Below, piece by piece: positions 9,315 through 17,596 of a stretch of 64,000 bases of DNA (position 1 is the stretch's first letter; every line of letters starts with the position of its first letter). Position numbers and translations under genes: made by a program. Origin of the DNA: a virus; IMG/VR virus record IMGVR_UViG_3300038803_000201, positions 4,188-68,187 of that record. The stretch is one strand, 5' to 3'. A model generated the notes under the pieces. It had not been told where the DNA came from. It made no database searches and saw only the letters and a list, made by a program, of their open reading frames with translations.

Positions 9315-9616
9315 AGGCTCCACAGGGCAAGTTCGCTGATAGCTTCTTCTTTATCATCGGTTTCGAGAACTATATGGTCTTCTTTAATTCGTCTCCATTG
9401 ACATTGAAAACCGTATTCCAATACGATAGAGGTCCGTTTACCTTTATTACCGGTCGAAGACAAAACGATGACATCACCGTTCTGGATGGCTATAACGCAT
9501 CCGATGCGGGGCCATGAATGTTTTGTCAGCATCCTGGGATTATATGCGGTAAGCAATGCGAGAACGGGTTTCTCTGGGGCTGCCTTATCTTGTTTGACTA
9601 TCATATATTTCCGCAT
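9311..9616 (-). CDS. MYYL-family paralog, divergent
   Basis: Ends ETDDKEEAISELALWSL; leaderless promoter. Confidence 0.75.
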   Translation of the reverse strand: MRKYMIVKQDKAAPEKPVLALLTAYNPRMLTKHSWPRIGCVIAIQNGDVIVLSSTGNKGKRTSIVLEYGFQCQWRRIKEDHIVLETDDKEEAISELALWSL

Positions 9617-9739
9617 GCATGTATAATACCGGAAACAAGTAAAATATGCACGATATTATGGATTAATATATGATACTTAACGACATATCGATGACATGTA
9701 TATTTAAAACGCCCAATAGCAGTTTAATTGTATGGGCTG

Positions 9740-9964
9740 CTATATTAGCTCTGCTGTGAATCCGAATTCGAGCAGAGCAAACTGGATTATCTCGTCGTAT
9801 GATTCAGATTCAAATACTATGCTACCTTTATCTAACCTAGTGCTATAGCGTTTTTCTGCGAGGCGGAAGTGTGGATTTTCTTTCAGAATTGCGGTGCGCT
9901 CATATACAGACCCATTGAGCCTCCACACGATCAAATTGCCTATGATATGGAGCAAGTAATACAT
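9740..9964 (-). CDS. MYYL-family paralog
   Basis: MYYLL..LIVW..ESESYDEIIQFALLE. Confidence 0.85.
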   Translation of the reverse strand: MYYLLHIIGNLIVWRLNGSVYERTAILKENPHFRLAEKRYSTRLDKGSIVFESESYDEIIQFALLEFGFTAELI

Positions 9965-10200
9965 TATAGTACATGCAACAAGGCTTCTTCGATAACTTCT
10001 TGCTTGGCGGGGGATTCGAACAGAAATGTGTCTTTACGAAACAACCTCGTTTTCGGAATGATCTGTCCTTTGGTAGGTAGGCCGTACGGGCCGCCGCACA
10101 GACATTGAATAAATCTGATCTGTGTAGTTTCTGCAAAAGGGCCCTCTCCCTCCCATAGCTCCAGTGAAATTATCGATTTTATCAGGTAGTAGTATGTCAT
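9964..10200 (-). CDS. MYYL-family paralog
   Basis: YYLIK..LELW..ESPAKQEVIEEALLHVL. Confidence 0.85.
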   Translation of the reverse strand: MTYYYLIKSIISLELWEGEGPFAETTQIRFIQCLCGGPYGLPTKGQIIPKTRLFRKDTFLFESPAKQEVIEEALLHVL

Positions 10201-10421
10201 CCTACACTCTCTATAGCAGCGGCGGCTATTATCTCTGATTTATGTTTATGCTTTATAATTAAGTGGTTAATTATCCAGTCTTTATCGACCATAAATCTGT
10301 AGTCATGGTCGCCGCGGATAAGCAGTTTACAGCATACAAATCCTCTTATGTATCCGTCCCCGGATCTTCTTTGCTTGCGAAATACCTGGAGCCCGAAGTT
10401 TGATTTGGTTAGGTAGTACAT
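10197..10421 (-). CDS. MYYL-family paralog
   Basis: MYYL..LQVF..KSEIIAAAAIESVG. Confidence 0.85.
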   Translation of the reverse strand: MYYLTKSNFGLQVFRKQRRSGDGYIRGFVCCKLLIRGDHDYRFMVDKDWIINHLIIKHKHKSEIIAAAAIESVG

Positions 10422-10447
10422 TTATTGCGCTTGCTTTCACCTTAAAA

Positions 10448-10524
10448 TGGCACCCCGAGAGGGATTTGAACCCCCGACTTACAGATTAGAAATCTGTTGT
10501 TCTATCCAACTGAACTATCGAGGT
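10448..10524 (-). tRNA. tRNA-Arg (anticodon TCT)
   Basis: Acceptor ACCTCGA/TCGGGGT, anticodon arm ACAGA-TTTCTAA-TCTGT, GTTCAAATC T-loop, encoded CCA. Confidence 0.95.
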
Positions 10525-10558
10525 AAAATCAATCCATCTAAAGTTAACTTTGCCATAT

Positions 10559-10792
10559 CTATTCCTTTTCCATTTCGATACGAGCGACTATAGCAGAAGC
10601 TATCTCCAAGTCAAGCCATATTCCATCAACAGGAATATTATTCCCATAAAATTCTTTTTCTTCTTGAGTGAATTGAGTCGCATCATGGAAATCAACCCAA
10701 CCAATATCATTGCTCCAAAAAAGACCACGATCTAAAGAGTTCATTCCTAGTTTCTCTTGTGCAGCATTGACGATGACAAATTTCTCATTCAT
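10559..10792 (-). CDS. hypothetical protein
   Basis: SD AAGGGG, 77 aa. Confidence 0.7.
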   Translation of the reverse strand: MNEKFVIVNAAQEKLGMNSLDRGLFWSNDIGWVDFHDATQFTQEEKEFYGNNIPVDGIWLDLEIASAIVARIEMEKE

Positions 10793-10804
10793 TTAGCGAT
10801 CCCC

Positions 10805-11236
10805 TTATGATTTTGTATCCATGCCAAGAATCAAATAAACCAAATCAAGCGTCGAAATGGAATAACTTTTAATCCACTCTACAACCTCTGTCTCCGTCAT
10901 ATAAGGACAAAGTTGTTTGATATCATTGCGTAACTTACGTAGCCCCTTACGCTTATGAAAAGACGGCTCGTTGAGTTTAGGCAAAGAGCTTTTGGGATTT
11001 ACGGGGTTTATGGGAGGGCGTTCGGTATAAGGCTCGGATTGTTCAACCCGATTAACCATCGCCGTAAATTCAGACAATCGCTGTTTATGAGTGTTCTCGT
11101 AACTTTCCCCATAAGAACGAATTGAGAACCATCCCTTGTTATAGATAACTTCGGGGAGGTTGTAGTCTGGTCCAAGTTTCCTACGCAGACCCTTCAGGTA
11201 ACGATTTATCAAAACATTGACATCATCAATCTTCAT
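10805..11236 (-). CDS. hypothetical protein
   Basis: Likely leaderless start MKIDD. Confidence 0.7.
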   Translation of the reverse strand: MKIDDVNVLINRYLKGLRRKLGPDYNLPEVIYNKGWFSIRSYGESYENTHKQRLSEFTAMVNRVEQSEPYTERPPINPVNPKSSLPKLNEPSFHKRKGLRKLRNDIKQLCPYMTETEVVEWIKSYSISTLDLVYLILGMDTKS

Positions 11237-11268
11237 GACCAATAGATTAACAAAATTGCCACAAATAG

Positions 11269-11706
11269 TCAAGACTCATGTATAGCTTTCCACTTTTCTT
11301 CCATATCATCAATAACAGGAAGAATTTTAGGATCGGGCTTGCCGATATTCAATACATCTTTGACGGTTAAGTTTTGGAGTTTACTTACAATCATCTTGGC
11401 GGGACGAATCCAAGAGGTTTGGCCTTGCCATTTGCAAAACATTCCTGTAGATGGTTCGTCAATCCACGAGGCGGAAAACATACTTGTAAAAATTTCAGTT
11501 CGTTCATGTTGTCTGAGATATTTTTCAGATATATGGACGAGCAAATTCCAAATATCTGAATTGGACATATGTTCTTTTCCGAGCCCACAACGTTCAGCCA
11601 TGATGATACGGACATCTTCGAGGAAGTCCGTATGCTTGTACCAACCCTTTGAGTAAAGAATCAAATGGTTGAAGTCAGCGATATTTTTAGAATTAGCTTG
11701 ATTCAT
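11269..11706 (-). CDS. hypothetical protein
   Basis: AAGGA SD, 145 aa. Confidence 0.75.
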   Translation of the reverse strand: MNQANSKNIADFNHLILYSKGWYKHTDFLEDVRIIMAERCGLGKEHMSNSDIWNLLVHISEKYLRQHERTEIFTSMFSASWIDEPSTGMFCKWQGQTSWIRPAKMIVSKLQNLTVKDVLNIGKPDPKILPVIDDMEEKWKAIHES

Positions 11707-11883
11707 GTTATTCCTTGCTGGTTCTGAGTTAAACTAAGACCCGTATGTTTTCGCTCGGTTCTCTCCATGCTTGAACGAGTTGCGAACGATGCGCTCTAGC
11801 AAGTCGCTAGACGAGACGCTATCAACTTTATCAGTCATGTTATTCTCCTTCGGGATTCGCGCCCGTCATCTCGGTGTTGGCAG

Positions 11884-12126
11884 TCATAGCTCCCTAGCTG
11901 GAATCGTGCCCAAATAGGTGTGCGCATGATCAGGATATTTACGGCACCATTCGCAAGCAGCCTTTCGCGCCGACTCAAAAGACGTGAAGATATAATCGCC
12001 TGCCCCATCCATACCTGTTTCCAAACGAATCCACATGTTTACCCACCCATCGCACAACGAGTCTGCCAACAATTGCGTGGAGGGTACGGGCGACGCTTGG
12101 CGGTTTTCGGCTTGACTATTGCTCAT
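11884..12126 (-). CDS. cassette-borne hypothetical protein
   Basis: Start MSNSQAENRQ lies inside attC 12064-12158. Confidence 0.7.
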   Translation of the reverse strand: MSNSQAENRQASPVPSTQLLADSLCDGWVNMWIRLETGMDGAGDYIFTSFESARKAACEWCRKYPDHAHTYLGTIPAREL

Positions 12127-12292
12127 TAGTCGCCCTCCCCTCACGCGGGCGGTTCATGCGCCGCTTGCATTCTTGGCACATGGTATTGTCCCTACATTCC
12201 TTTCGGCGTTGCAGGTTCCATCCGAGACTTCTGGTGCAAACCGTCTTGCAGAAGTCTTCAAGAATTTTGTGTGTCCGCCAGCTCAGTTTCAT
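12116..12292 (-). CDS. cassette-borne Cys-rich protein
   Basis: MKLSWRTH..., ATGA-coupled to 12289..12432, stop inside attC. Confidence 0.55.
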   Translation of the reverse strand: MKLSWRTHKILEDFCKTVCTRSLGWNLQRRKECRDNTMCQECKRRMNRPREGRATNEQ

Positions 12293-12432
12293 TCCTGATC
12301 CTCCACATTCACAATATGCTCTGTCATCACCTCTCCGCGCAGTAAATTCAGCGGCATTTCGTGGATATCTCCATACAGAATGTGCAGAACAAGAGGGTCC
12401 AGCGTACATTCGTTCCGCTTCGCTTCACTCAT
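12289..12432 (-). CDS. cassette-borne small ORF
   Basis: MSEAKRNECTLDPLVL..., start inside attC 12384-12455. Confidence 0.5.
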   Translation of the reverse strand: MSEAKRNECTLDPLVLHILYGDIHEMPLNLLRGEVMTEHIVNVEDQE

Positions 12433-12676
12433 GACGTAGCCCATCTTTGTTCGGCAGATTCCATTTGGCCTTGCGGCGGTATTTGTCCATCATGCGGAAA
12501 TTGATTCCCTTCCCTCCACCTAGAAACAGCGTGCCGTCTCGCAGATGCCCGTCGCTATCCAGAATACTGCATTCCTGAAACCACGTCATCGGCCAACCCA
12601 GAAACGTGGCTCCCTGCCGAATAAGGCAGTCGAGGCTATCTGCGTTCGCTCGTTCCTCACTCACTTGAAGCCTCAC
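12425..12676 (-). CDS. cassette-borne hypothetical protein
   Basis: Start and stop both inside flanking attC sites. Confidence 0.6.
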   Translation of the reverse strand: MRLQVSEERANADSLDCLIRQGATFLGWPMTWFQECSILDSDGHLRDGTLFLGGGKGINFRMMDKYRRKAKWNLPNKDGLRHE

Positions 12677-12690
12677 TTTCTGTGTTAGGG

Positions 12691-12876
12691 TTACAAGTCA
12701 TCGACTTCATCCTCGACCTCCTTCATGTCATCAACCAGCTTCTTTACGCGTTGCACAGTATACGGCTCATCCTGTTCTGTCAGTACGCCGCCCATTGTCA
12801 CCACGTCTTTGACTACCTCAAGCGGAGTTGTCGCAACGTGTATCGTCGTTTTCAATAGTGATCCGAGTAATCCCAT
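12691..12876 (-). CDS. cassette-borne hypothetical protein
   Basis: AAGGA SD; stop abuts GTTAGGG. Confidence 0.8.
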   Translation of the reverse strand: MGLLGSLLKTTIHVATTPLEVVKDVVTMGGVLTEQDEPYTVQRVKKLVDDMKEVEDEVDDL

Positions 12877-13145
12877 GATGTTTTCCTTTCGTTTTTACGA
12901 ACCCTAACAATCGGCTGGAGAGGGACGCCCCGAAGCGCCGCGCCCCTCATCCGAAGCGTTCGCTGTAGTTAAAAAACCCATATCGTTTCCTTTATTATGT
13001 ATACATCATATCAGTTAATTCTTCCCTTGTCAACTCACAATTCGACAATTCAACGAATGCCCCGATTTCTTTTTGCCTTTTGGGATAACTCCCGTTTCCA
13101 TAAGAATATCTTCAATCTCGCTTTTCAAAGTAAATGTTGCTTCCT

Positions 13146-13334
13146 TCACAAGTTTCTAATTTGTTCTTCCAATTTGGATATAGCTCTAACAATTTCATCT
13201 TTGGCATTATTAATATGAGGTTGGGCTTCCTCATTGTCAAATTTAACATAAATAAGATTTCTATGGGCTGTCCACAAACAGTCTATTCTCATTTTCAATA
13301 AAGTCTTTCTAACCCATTTATGTATTCTGTTCAT
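13146..13334 (-). CDS. hypothetical protein
   Basis: AAGGA SD. Confidence 0.6.
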   Translation of the reverse strand: MNRIHKWVRKTLLKMRIDCLWTAHRNLIYVKFDNEEAQPHINNAKDEIVRAISKLEEQIRNL

Positions 13335-13335
13335 G

Positions 13336-13578
13336 TTATTCCTTGTTCCCGCAAATACAATCGGGGTTATGGGCTATACCACCGTAATAACCATTCCCTT
13401 GCCATTTAACATAGGTATGGCCTCGAAATTCAACAATAGTCCATACTCCTTCCAAATCGTGAACGGTTCCGTCTTTACGAACATCTTGGGTGTAACTACA
13501 ACCAGCAATTAACAACAATGACAACAAGGAACAAGTTAAAACAAACGCAAACATTTTTAAGTCATTGTATTTCTTCAT
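13336..13578 (-). CDS. putative lipoprotein
   Basis: Basic N-terminus, hydrophobic stretch, LIAGC lipobox. Confidence 0.7.
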   Translation of the reverse strand: MKKYNDLKMFAFVLTCSLLSLLLIAGCSYTQDVRKDGTVHDLEGVWTIVEFRGHTYVKWQGNGYYGGIAHNPDCICGNKE

Positions 13579-13595
13579 AACGAATCCCCAATCAT

Positions 13596-13862
13596 TTATT
13601 CTTTCGGCTGATCGACAAAGAAAACAAATTCGACTGTCCCGTTGGTTGAATTTACAACATAATGTCCCAAACCTTTTTCAATTAGTGTTTGGTGTGATGT
13701 GACCGTTTTGGATACTTCTAGACTAACCAAAAAGAATAACACAAGCAATGAGGTCATTCCTAGAATTCCAACCCCCCCTTCTTCGATAAAAAAATTCGAC
13801 AAAAAACAAACAAGCACACCTACAATCAAAATCGCACAAACAAAAAGAAACAATCCAGTCAT
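13596..13862 (-). CDS. membrane protein (2 TM)
   Basis: Two hydrophobic segments. Confidence 0.7.
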   Translation of the reverse strand: MTGLFLFVCAILIVGVLVCFLSNFFIEEGGVGILGMTSLLVLFFLVSLEVSKTVTSHQTLIEKGLGHYVVNSTNGTVEFVFFVDQPKE

Positions 13863-13929
13863 ATAATTCCCCTTTTTTTTATCTTGTTAATATAATAGCT
13901 TATTATAATAAGGATGTCAAGCATTAAAT

Positions 13930-13953
13930 TGGTGCCGACGAAGGGACTCGAAC
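13930..13953 (-). pseudogene. 3' fragment of a tRNA (Leu-like T arm + acceptor + CCA)
   Basis: GTTCGAGTCCCTTCGTCGGCACCA with no adjacent 5' half. Confidence 0.7.
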
Positions 13954-14001
13954 ATATACTTTTTGTGGTGTATTGGCGGTCGGGTGTACCCAATAAATAA
14001 G

Positions 14002-14325
14002 TTAGCGAGTCGCCCATTGTTCAAATGCGGCAGCGAGCCTTGGTAATGGAGTGGGTAGGGGGGCGTTGATTCCGTGTATCCTGCCGTGCTTCAAAATTCG
14101 CACTAGCTCATTTTTACTAATTTGACCGAAAACAATTTTATTAGTTAGCTGTTCAGCTCCCATATTCATATTAGGAAAGTGCTGAATAAAAACAGCACCA
14201 AGCTGAGTCAGTCCTGTTTTAGTTAGCGTAGGGGCCTTTTTGAATATGGCTGCGGCAATCGTTTCATACAGCCCTTCTTCGTTGACGTTTTCATATAGGG
14301 CGGTTATTTTATTTCTATCGTTCAT
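14002..14325 (-). CDS. hypothetical, possible late/virion-internal protein
   Basis: CTAAATA box before ATG; N-terminus MNDRNKITALYENVNEE. Confidence 0.65.
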   Translation of the reverse strand: MNDRNKITALYENVNEEGLYETIAAAIFKKAPTLTKTGLTQLGAVFIQHFPNMNMGAEQLTNKIVFGQISKNELVRILKHGRIHGINAPLPTPLPRLAAAFEQWATR

Positions 14326-14329
14326 GTTA

Positions 14330-14662
14330 TTATTTAGTGGGCTCATATGTTATTCCTGCAAATCTGCGCCATTTTTCGGAGACGAATATGCGTCTTGGGT
14401 CGGCTTGGTCTGACATTAAAATAATGCCGAGTCTTTCGTTGTTCACAAACAATACGACATTTTTCTGTGCGTGTCCGTATGCATAGTAATCGTCTCTCAA
14501 ACGACCCATATCATCGTCTGACAATACAACCAAACGCACATCTTTATTGATATTAACAACCTGCGCATATTCAGTTGTATCATATCGAATTTCATACGGA
14601 TCTGCTTGATTATATCCACACCCAGTTATTAATGCGATAATAAAAATAGCCACGGATTTCAT
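14330..14662 (-). CDS. putative lipoprotein
   Basis: MKSVAIFIIALITGC lipobox. Confidence 0.7.
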   Translation of the reverse strand: MKSVAIFIIALITGCGYNQADPYEIRYDTTEYAQVVNINKDVRLVVLSDDDMGRLRDDYYAYGHAQKNVVLFVNNERLGIILMSDQADPRRIFVSEKWRRFAGITYEPTK

Positions 14663-15249
14663 GGTTTGCCCCCCGGCGGGGAAATTAGAAATCCGTGGGA
14701 GATAGGGGCAAATATAGACGCCACGTATACCGGAATCCATAGTGGGGTATACTTCCCAATGAGTGGATAGTATGTAGCGGTTCGGTTTGTGTTCGACATG
14801 CATCGGTGCACAAAACGGATAGCAGTTGCTTTGGTAAAGCGACAAACATGGTCATAATCCCATCCAAGCGTGTTTAGTATCCAATTGTCGTTTGCGGGAA
14901 GTGTGACAATAATGGGCACTTGGGTTTCGCTGCACAAGCGATTAAGTAAGTACCCACCTAGTGGAATATGCTCAAGCACCTCCATAGCCACCACAATATC
15001 ATGAGCCATAGAGGCATTTACTACTTTGTCTATGGAATCAAGATTGTTAAGGTTGACTTTGAGATCCGCACCATCTTTAAAATCAACACATGTCCTTTTT
15101 TTACAAGCCCCCTGAAATGCATAAAGTGCCTTATAATAAGAATTGTTCTCAGTGCCCCAACCGGCACCAGAACCACCAATATCAAGGACATTCATCCCCT
15201 TACAAATGGAGGCAGCCCAACCGAATCTATCGTGTATCATTTTCAGCAT
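14659..15249 (-). CDS. class I SAM-dependent methyltransferase-like protein
   Basis: VLDIGG motif I, DIVVAMEVLEHI. Confidence 0.75.
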   Translation of the reverse strand: MLKMIHDRFGWAASICKGMNVLDIGGSGAGWGTENNSYYKALYAFQGACKKRTCVDFKDGADLKVNLNNLDSIDKVVNASMAHDIVVAMEVLEHIPLGGYLLNRLCSETQVPIIVTLPANDNWILNTLGWDYDHVCRFTKATAIRFVHRCMSNTNRTATYYPLIGKYTPLWIPVYVASIFAPISHGFLISPPGGKP

Positions 15250-15304
15250 CCGTCCTGTTTGGATATATTACGATATATTACGTTAAGATGCCCTGCTTTT
15301 CTTA

Positions 15305-15619
15305 TTACAACGCAGCTAGTGTTGCTTCCTCACGGATAGTATCGAGGTCATCGGACTCTACTATAAAGTTATACATTAGATCTCTTTTACGTATTTTAGT
15401 GTGGGGCGCAATTGGAAGGCAATGATCTAATTGATGATTGATAAACGATGGTAATATGGTAGGATTGGATGAGTGAAATCTGGGAGGAGGTTTCTGATCT
15501 TTGACATGCACTTTAGTCGCGTAGGAATGGAACCATATTCGATTGGATGTGTGGAATCCTGCGTATGTAGTCCATATGGCCAGGCAGCCGTTTGCATGTT
15601 GCAGTAAAACGTATTTCAT
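15305..15619 (-). CDS. MYYL-family paralog
   Basis: MKYVLL..LAIW..ESDDLDTIREEATLAAL. Confidence 0.8.
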   Translation of the reverse strand: MKYVLLQHANGCLAIWTTYAGFHTSNRIWFHSYATKVHVKDQKPPPRFHSSNPTILPSFINHQLDHCLPIAPHTKIRKRDLMYNFIVESDDLDTIREEATLAAL

Positions 15620-15828
15620 TTCAGTGTTTCTAATGTAGCTGCGGCGATAATATCATCCCAGTGTTTACTACGATACACTTCGAAAGGTTTTATTAGAAAC
15701 CATGGAACAGATTCATTTTCGTCATCTGAGTGCACAGTCAGTACTTTTTCCAAAATCATCCAGCCTGAATGATTTTTATCCGCGACCCACACTTTCAATA
15801 TTCCTGCTTGATTAGTCAAGAACCACAT
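15616..15828 (-). CDS. MYYL-family paralog
   Basis: MWFL..LKVW..RSKHWDDIIAAATLETL. Confidence 0.8.
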   Translation of the reverse strand: MWFLTNQAGILKVWVADKNHSGWMILEKVLTVHSDDENESVPWFLIKPFEVYRSKHWDDIIAAATLETLK

Positions 15829-16070
15829 AAAGATTCCACAGCAGCAAATTCAATGCATTCTTCCATGCTTTTCGATTTAAATAATATAACATTACTTGAT
15901 GAGTTTTTCAACCAACAATAATTAGGGGGAATTGGTGATGGCCGCCAACCTGTGTCGTTGGGTGGTGACAGTTTAATCCATTTAACACAACGAAATAGTG
16001 CGGGATCCGATGAGCTATCCCTGACGATGCCCCAATTGCCGCGAATCTGATATTCTATTACATAATACAT
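15816..16070 (-). CDS. MYYL-family paralog
   Basis: MYYV..KSKSMEECIEFAAVESL. Confidence 0.8.
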   Translation of the reverse strand: MYYVIEYQIRGNWGIVRDSSSDPALFRCVKWIKLSPPNDTGWRPSPIPPNYCWLKNSSSNVILFKSKSMEECIEFAAVESLCGS

Positions 16071-16357
16071 TATATTATCTCCATGGCTGCATGTCCCAGC
16101 AGTTCATCGAGATCCCCTGAAATACAAACGATTGTTCCGTGGCCCTCCAATTCATCTATATCTATTACTGATCCAATCTGGGTAAATTTTATTGGAATTG
16201 TGTAAAGAAGAAATAGGGCTACAGCTGAATAATCACTGAATAGATGTTTTAATGTTAATAAGTTGTTTTTCCATTCTACATTTGTCCATACACTTAGTAT
16301 TTTGTCTGCTTCCGCCAGGTGCGCTGACAGATCGATAAGATAATATGTGTTGGGCAT
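16070..16357 (-). CDS. MYYL-family paralog
   Basis: YYLI..LSVW..SGDLDELLGHAAMEII. Confidence 0.8.
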   Translation of the reverse strand: MPNTYYLIDLSAHLAEADKILSVWTNVEWKNNLLTLKHLFSDYSAVALFLLYTIPIKFTQIGSVIDIDELEGHGTIVCISGDLDELLGHAAMEII

Positions 16358-16370
16358 GAAATTGATTGAC

Positions 16371-16838
16371 CTATTTAATGAGATAAAACATGCAATGCGG
16401 CCTCACAATATATATATCATTAATGTCATCGCTTTTAATTACAATGGACTCCGTAAGGACGGCATTTAGAGATTCTATATCCCCGATTGCATATAATCTT
16501 ATACCACAAGCACCAGATTTAATATTGAACCGGATTAAATTCCGAAAGACTTCGTTGTTAGGATAGTGCCCTCCACTACACAAAATCTGAATTAATTTGA
16601 TTTTTTTGTGGTGCTGCTCAGTCCAGACAGCCAGATTGTCGCGGACACGATCAGCATATTTAATTAGGTAGTACATTACAGTGCGTGGTATATAGCTTCG
16701 TCTATTAGTAAAGAAAATACCGGGACCACGGCGCAAGACCAGTAAACACCAATATATTTCATACCTTGCTTTATTGGATTGGGATGGAATTCTTTCCCAG
16801 ATTTCTAGATTGCCTTCATATTTCAGCAAATAAAACAT
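16371..16838 (-). CDS. MYYL-family fusion of two units
   Basis: MFYLL..LEIW, then internal MYYLIK at 16676..KSDDINDI, ending MFYLIK*. Confidence 0.7.
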   Translation of the reverse strand: MFYLLKYEGNLEIWERIPSQSNKARYEIYWCLLVLRRGPGIFFTNRRSYIPRTVMYYLIKYADRVRDNLAVWTEQHHKKIKLIQILCSGGHYPNNEVFRNLIRFNIKSGACGIRLYAIGDIESLNAVLTESIVIKSDDINDIYIVRPHCMFYLIK

Positions 16839-17065
16839 TATTCTGTGTCTAGCGCTAGGGCGCGAAGTAGTTTCATTAGTGTGGCACCGAAAAATGCGAG
16901 CGAAGAGAAGACCAACAGTATAGGCATTCCCACATTACGAAAATGATTTTCTGCGTCCGCGTCACTCCACCCCATACCAAATAAAGTCCAGCCAACGGAA
17001 GTCAGAATAATCCAAGTGGCCAATACTGTCCACTCCGCGAATGTCATTTTTATTATATTTTTCAT
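16838..17065 (-). CDS. membrane protein (2 TM)
   Basis: Hydrophobic segments. Confidence 0.65.
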   Translation of the reverse strand: MKNIIKMTFAEWTVLATWIILTSVGWTLFGMGWSDADAENHFRNVGMPILLVFSSLAFFGATLMKLLRALALDTE

Positions 17066-17066
17066 A

Positions 17067-17480
17067 TTAAGGAATCCAAAATTCTCCGTCAAAATAGGAT
17101 CGGATTTCATCGACAGTTAAGTCATATTTTTTGCTCAATCGATCCAATTCGTTTATGAGTCTTTGTCTGCACATACCCAGTTTTTGCAGAGCCCCTTTAG
17201 GCCGGGGCGCTTCATGAATCTGTTCGCAGACTTCTCGAACAAAGGAGCTTGTGTCGTAATCAAACTCACCGTTGGGGTCGAGAGTCACACCAATTTTGAT
17301 GGGGATGGATATATAAGTAGCTTTCTGATATTGGTCGCACACGTTTTCCAATGCGCGAGCGTCTGCTTGGGTGATACGAACCTTATTGAGCCTTTCTAAA
17401 TACCTAAGCTCATTGTCGAGCTCATAGATTTTGTTTCTGGCTGCAGTAATTCGGCGTTTAAGTGTAATTGAATTGCTCAT
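17067..17480 (-). CDS. hypothetical coiled-coil protein (paralog of 18857..19297)
   Basis: AAGGAG SD before MSNSITLK; own promoter upstream. Confidence 0.75.
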   Translation of the reverse strand: MSNSITLKRRITAARNKIYELDNELRYLERLNKVRITQADARALENVCDQYQKATYISIPIKIGVTLDPNGEFDYDTSSFVREVCEQIHEAPRPKGALQKLGMCRQRLINELDRLSKKYDLTVDEIRSYFDGEFWIP

Positions 17481-17596
17481 AAAACTCCTTGTATACACCA
17501 TATAATACAGCATATCACATTGAATGTCACGATAAATATAGAGTGTTCGTTTTAACGGCCTTTCTCGCCCACGGCAGCGCGGATGTCCGTCAGCAG

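Larger units (their letters stand above)
6384..10421 (-). repeat. Tandem array of 16 MYYL-family paralogous genes
   Basis: Consecutive 70-101 aa ORFs with shared N- and C-terminal motifs and TAATG/ATGA overlaps. Confidence 0.9.
11794..12964 (+). mobile_element. Cluster of five attC-like sites delimiting four gene cassettes (CALIN-like)
   Basis: attC-like sites at 11794-11882, 12064-12158, 12384-12455, 12616-12690, 12902-12964. Each R' (GTT...) is complementary to the next R'' (...AAC). Confidence 0.85.
15305..16838 (-). repeat. second tandem block of MYYL-family genes (5 ORFs, one a fusion of two units)
   Basis: 15305..15619, 15616..15828, 15816..16070, 16070..16357, 16371..16838. Confidence 0.85.

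Noticed and set aside
6384..10421. Diversity-generating retroelement as the source of MYYL variation
   Set aside because: No reverse transcriptase or TR/VR pair with adenine-specific differences is visible; divergence includes indels.
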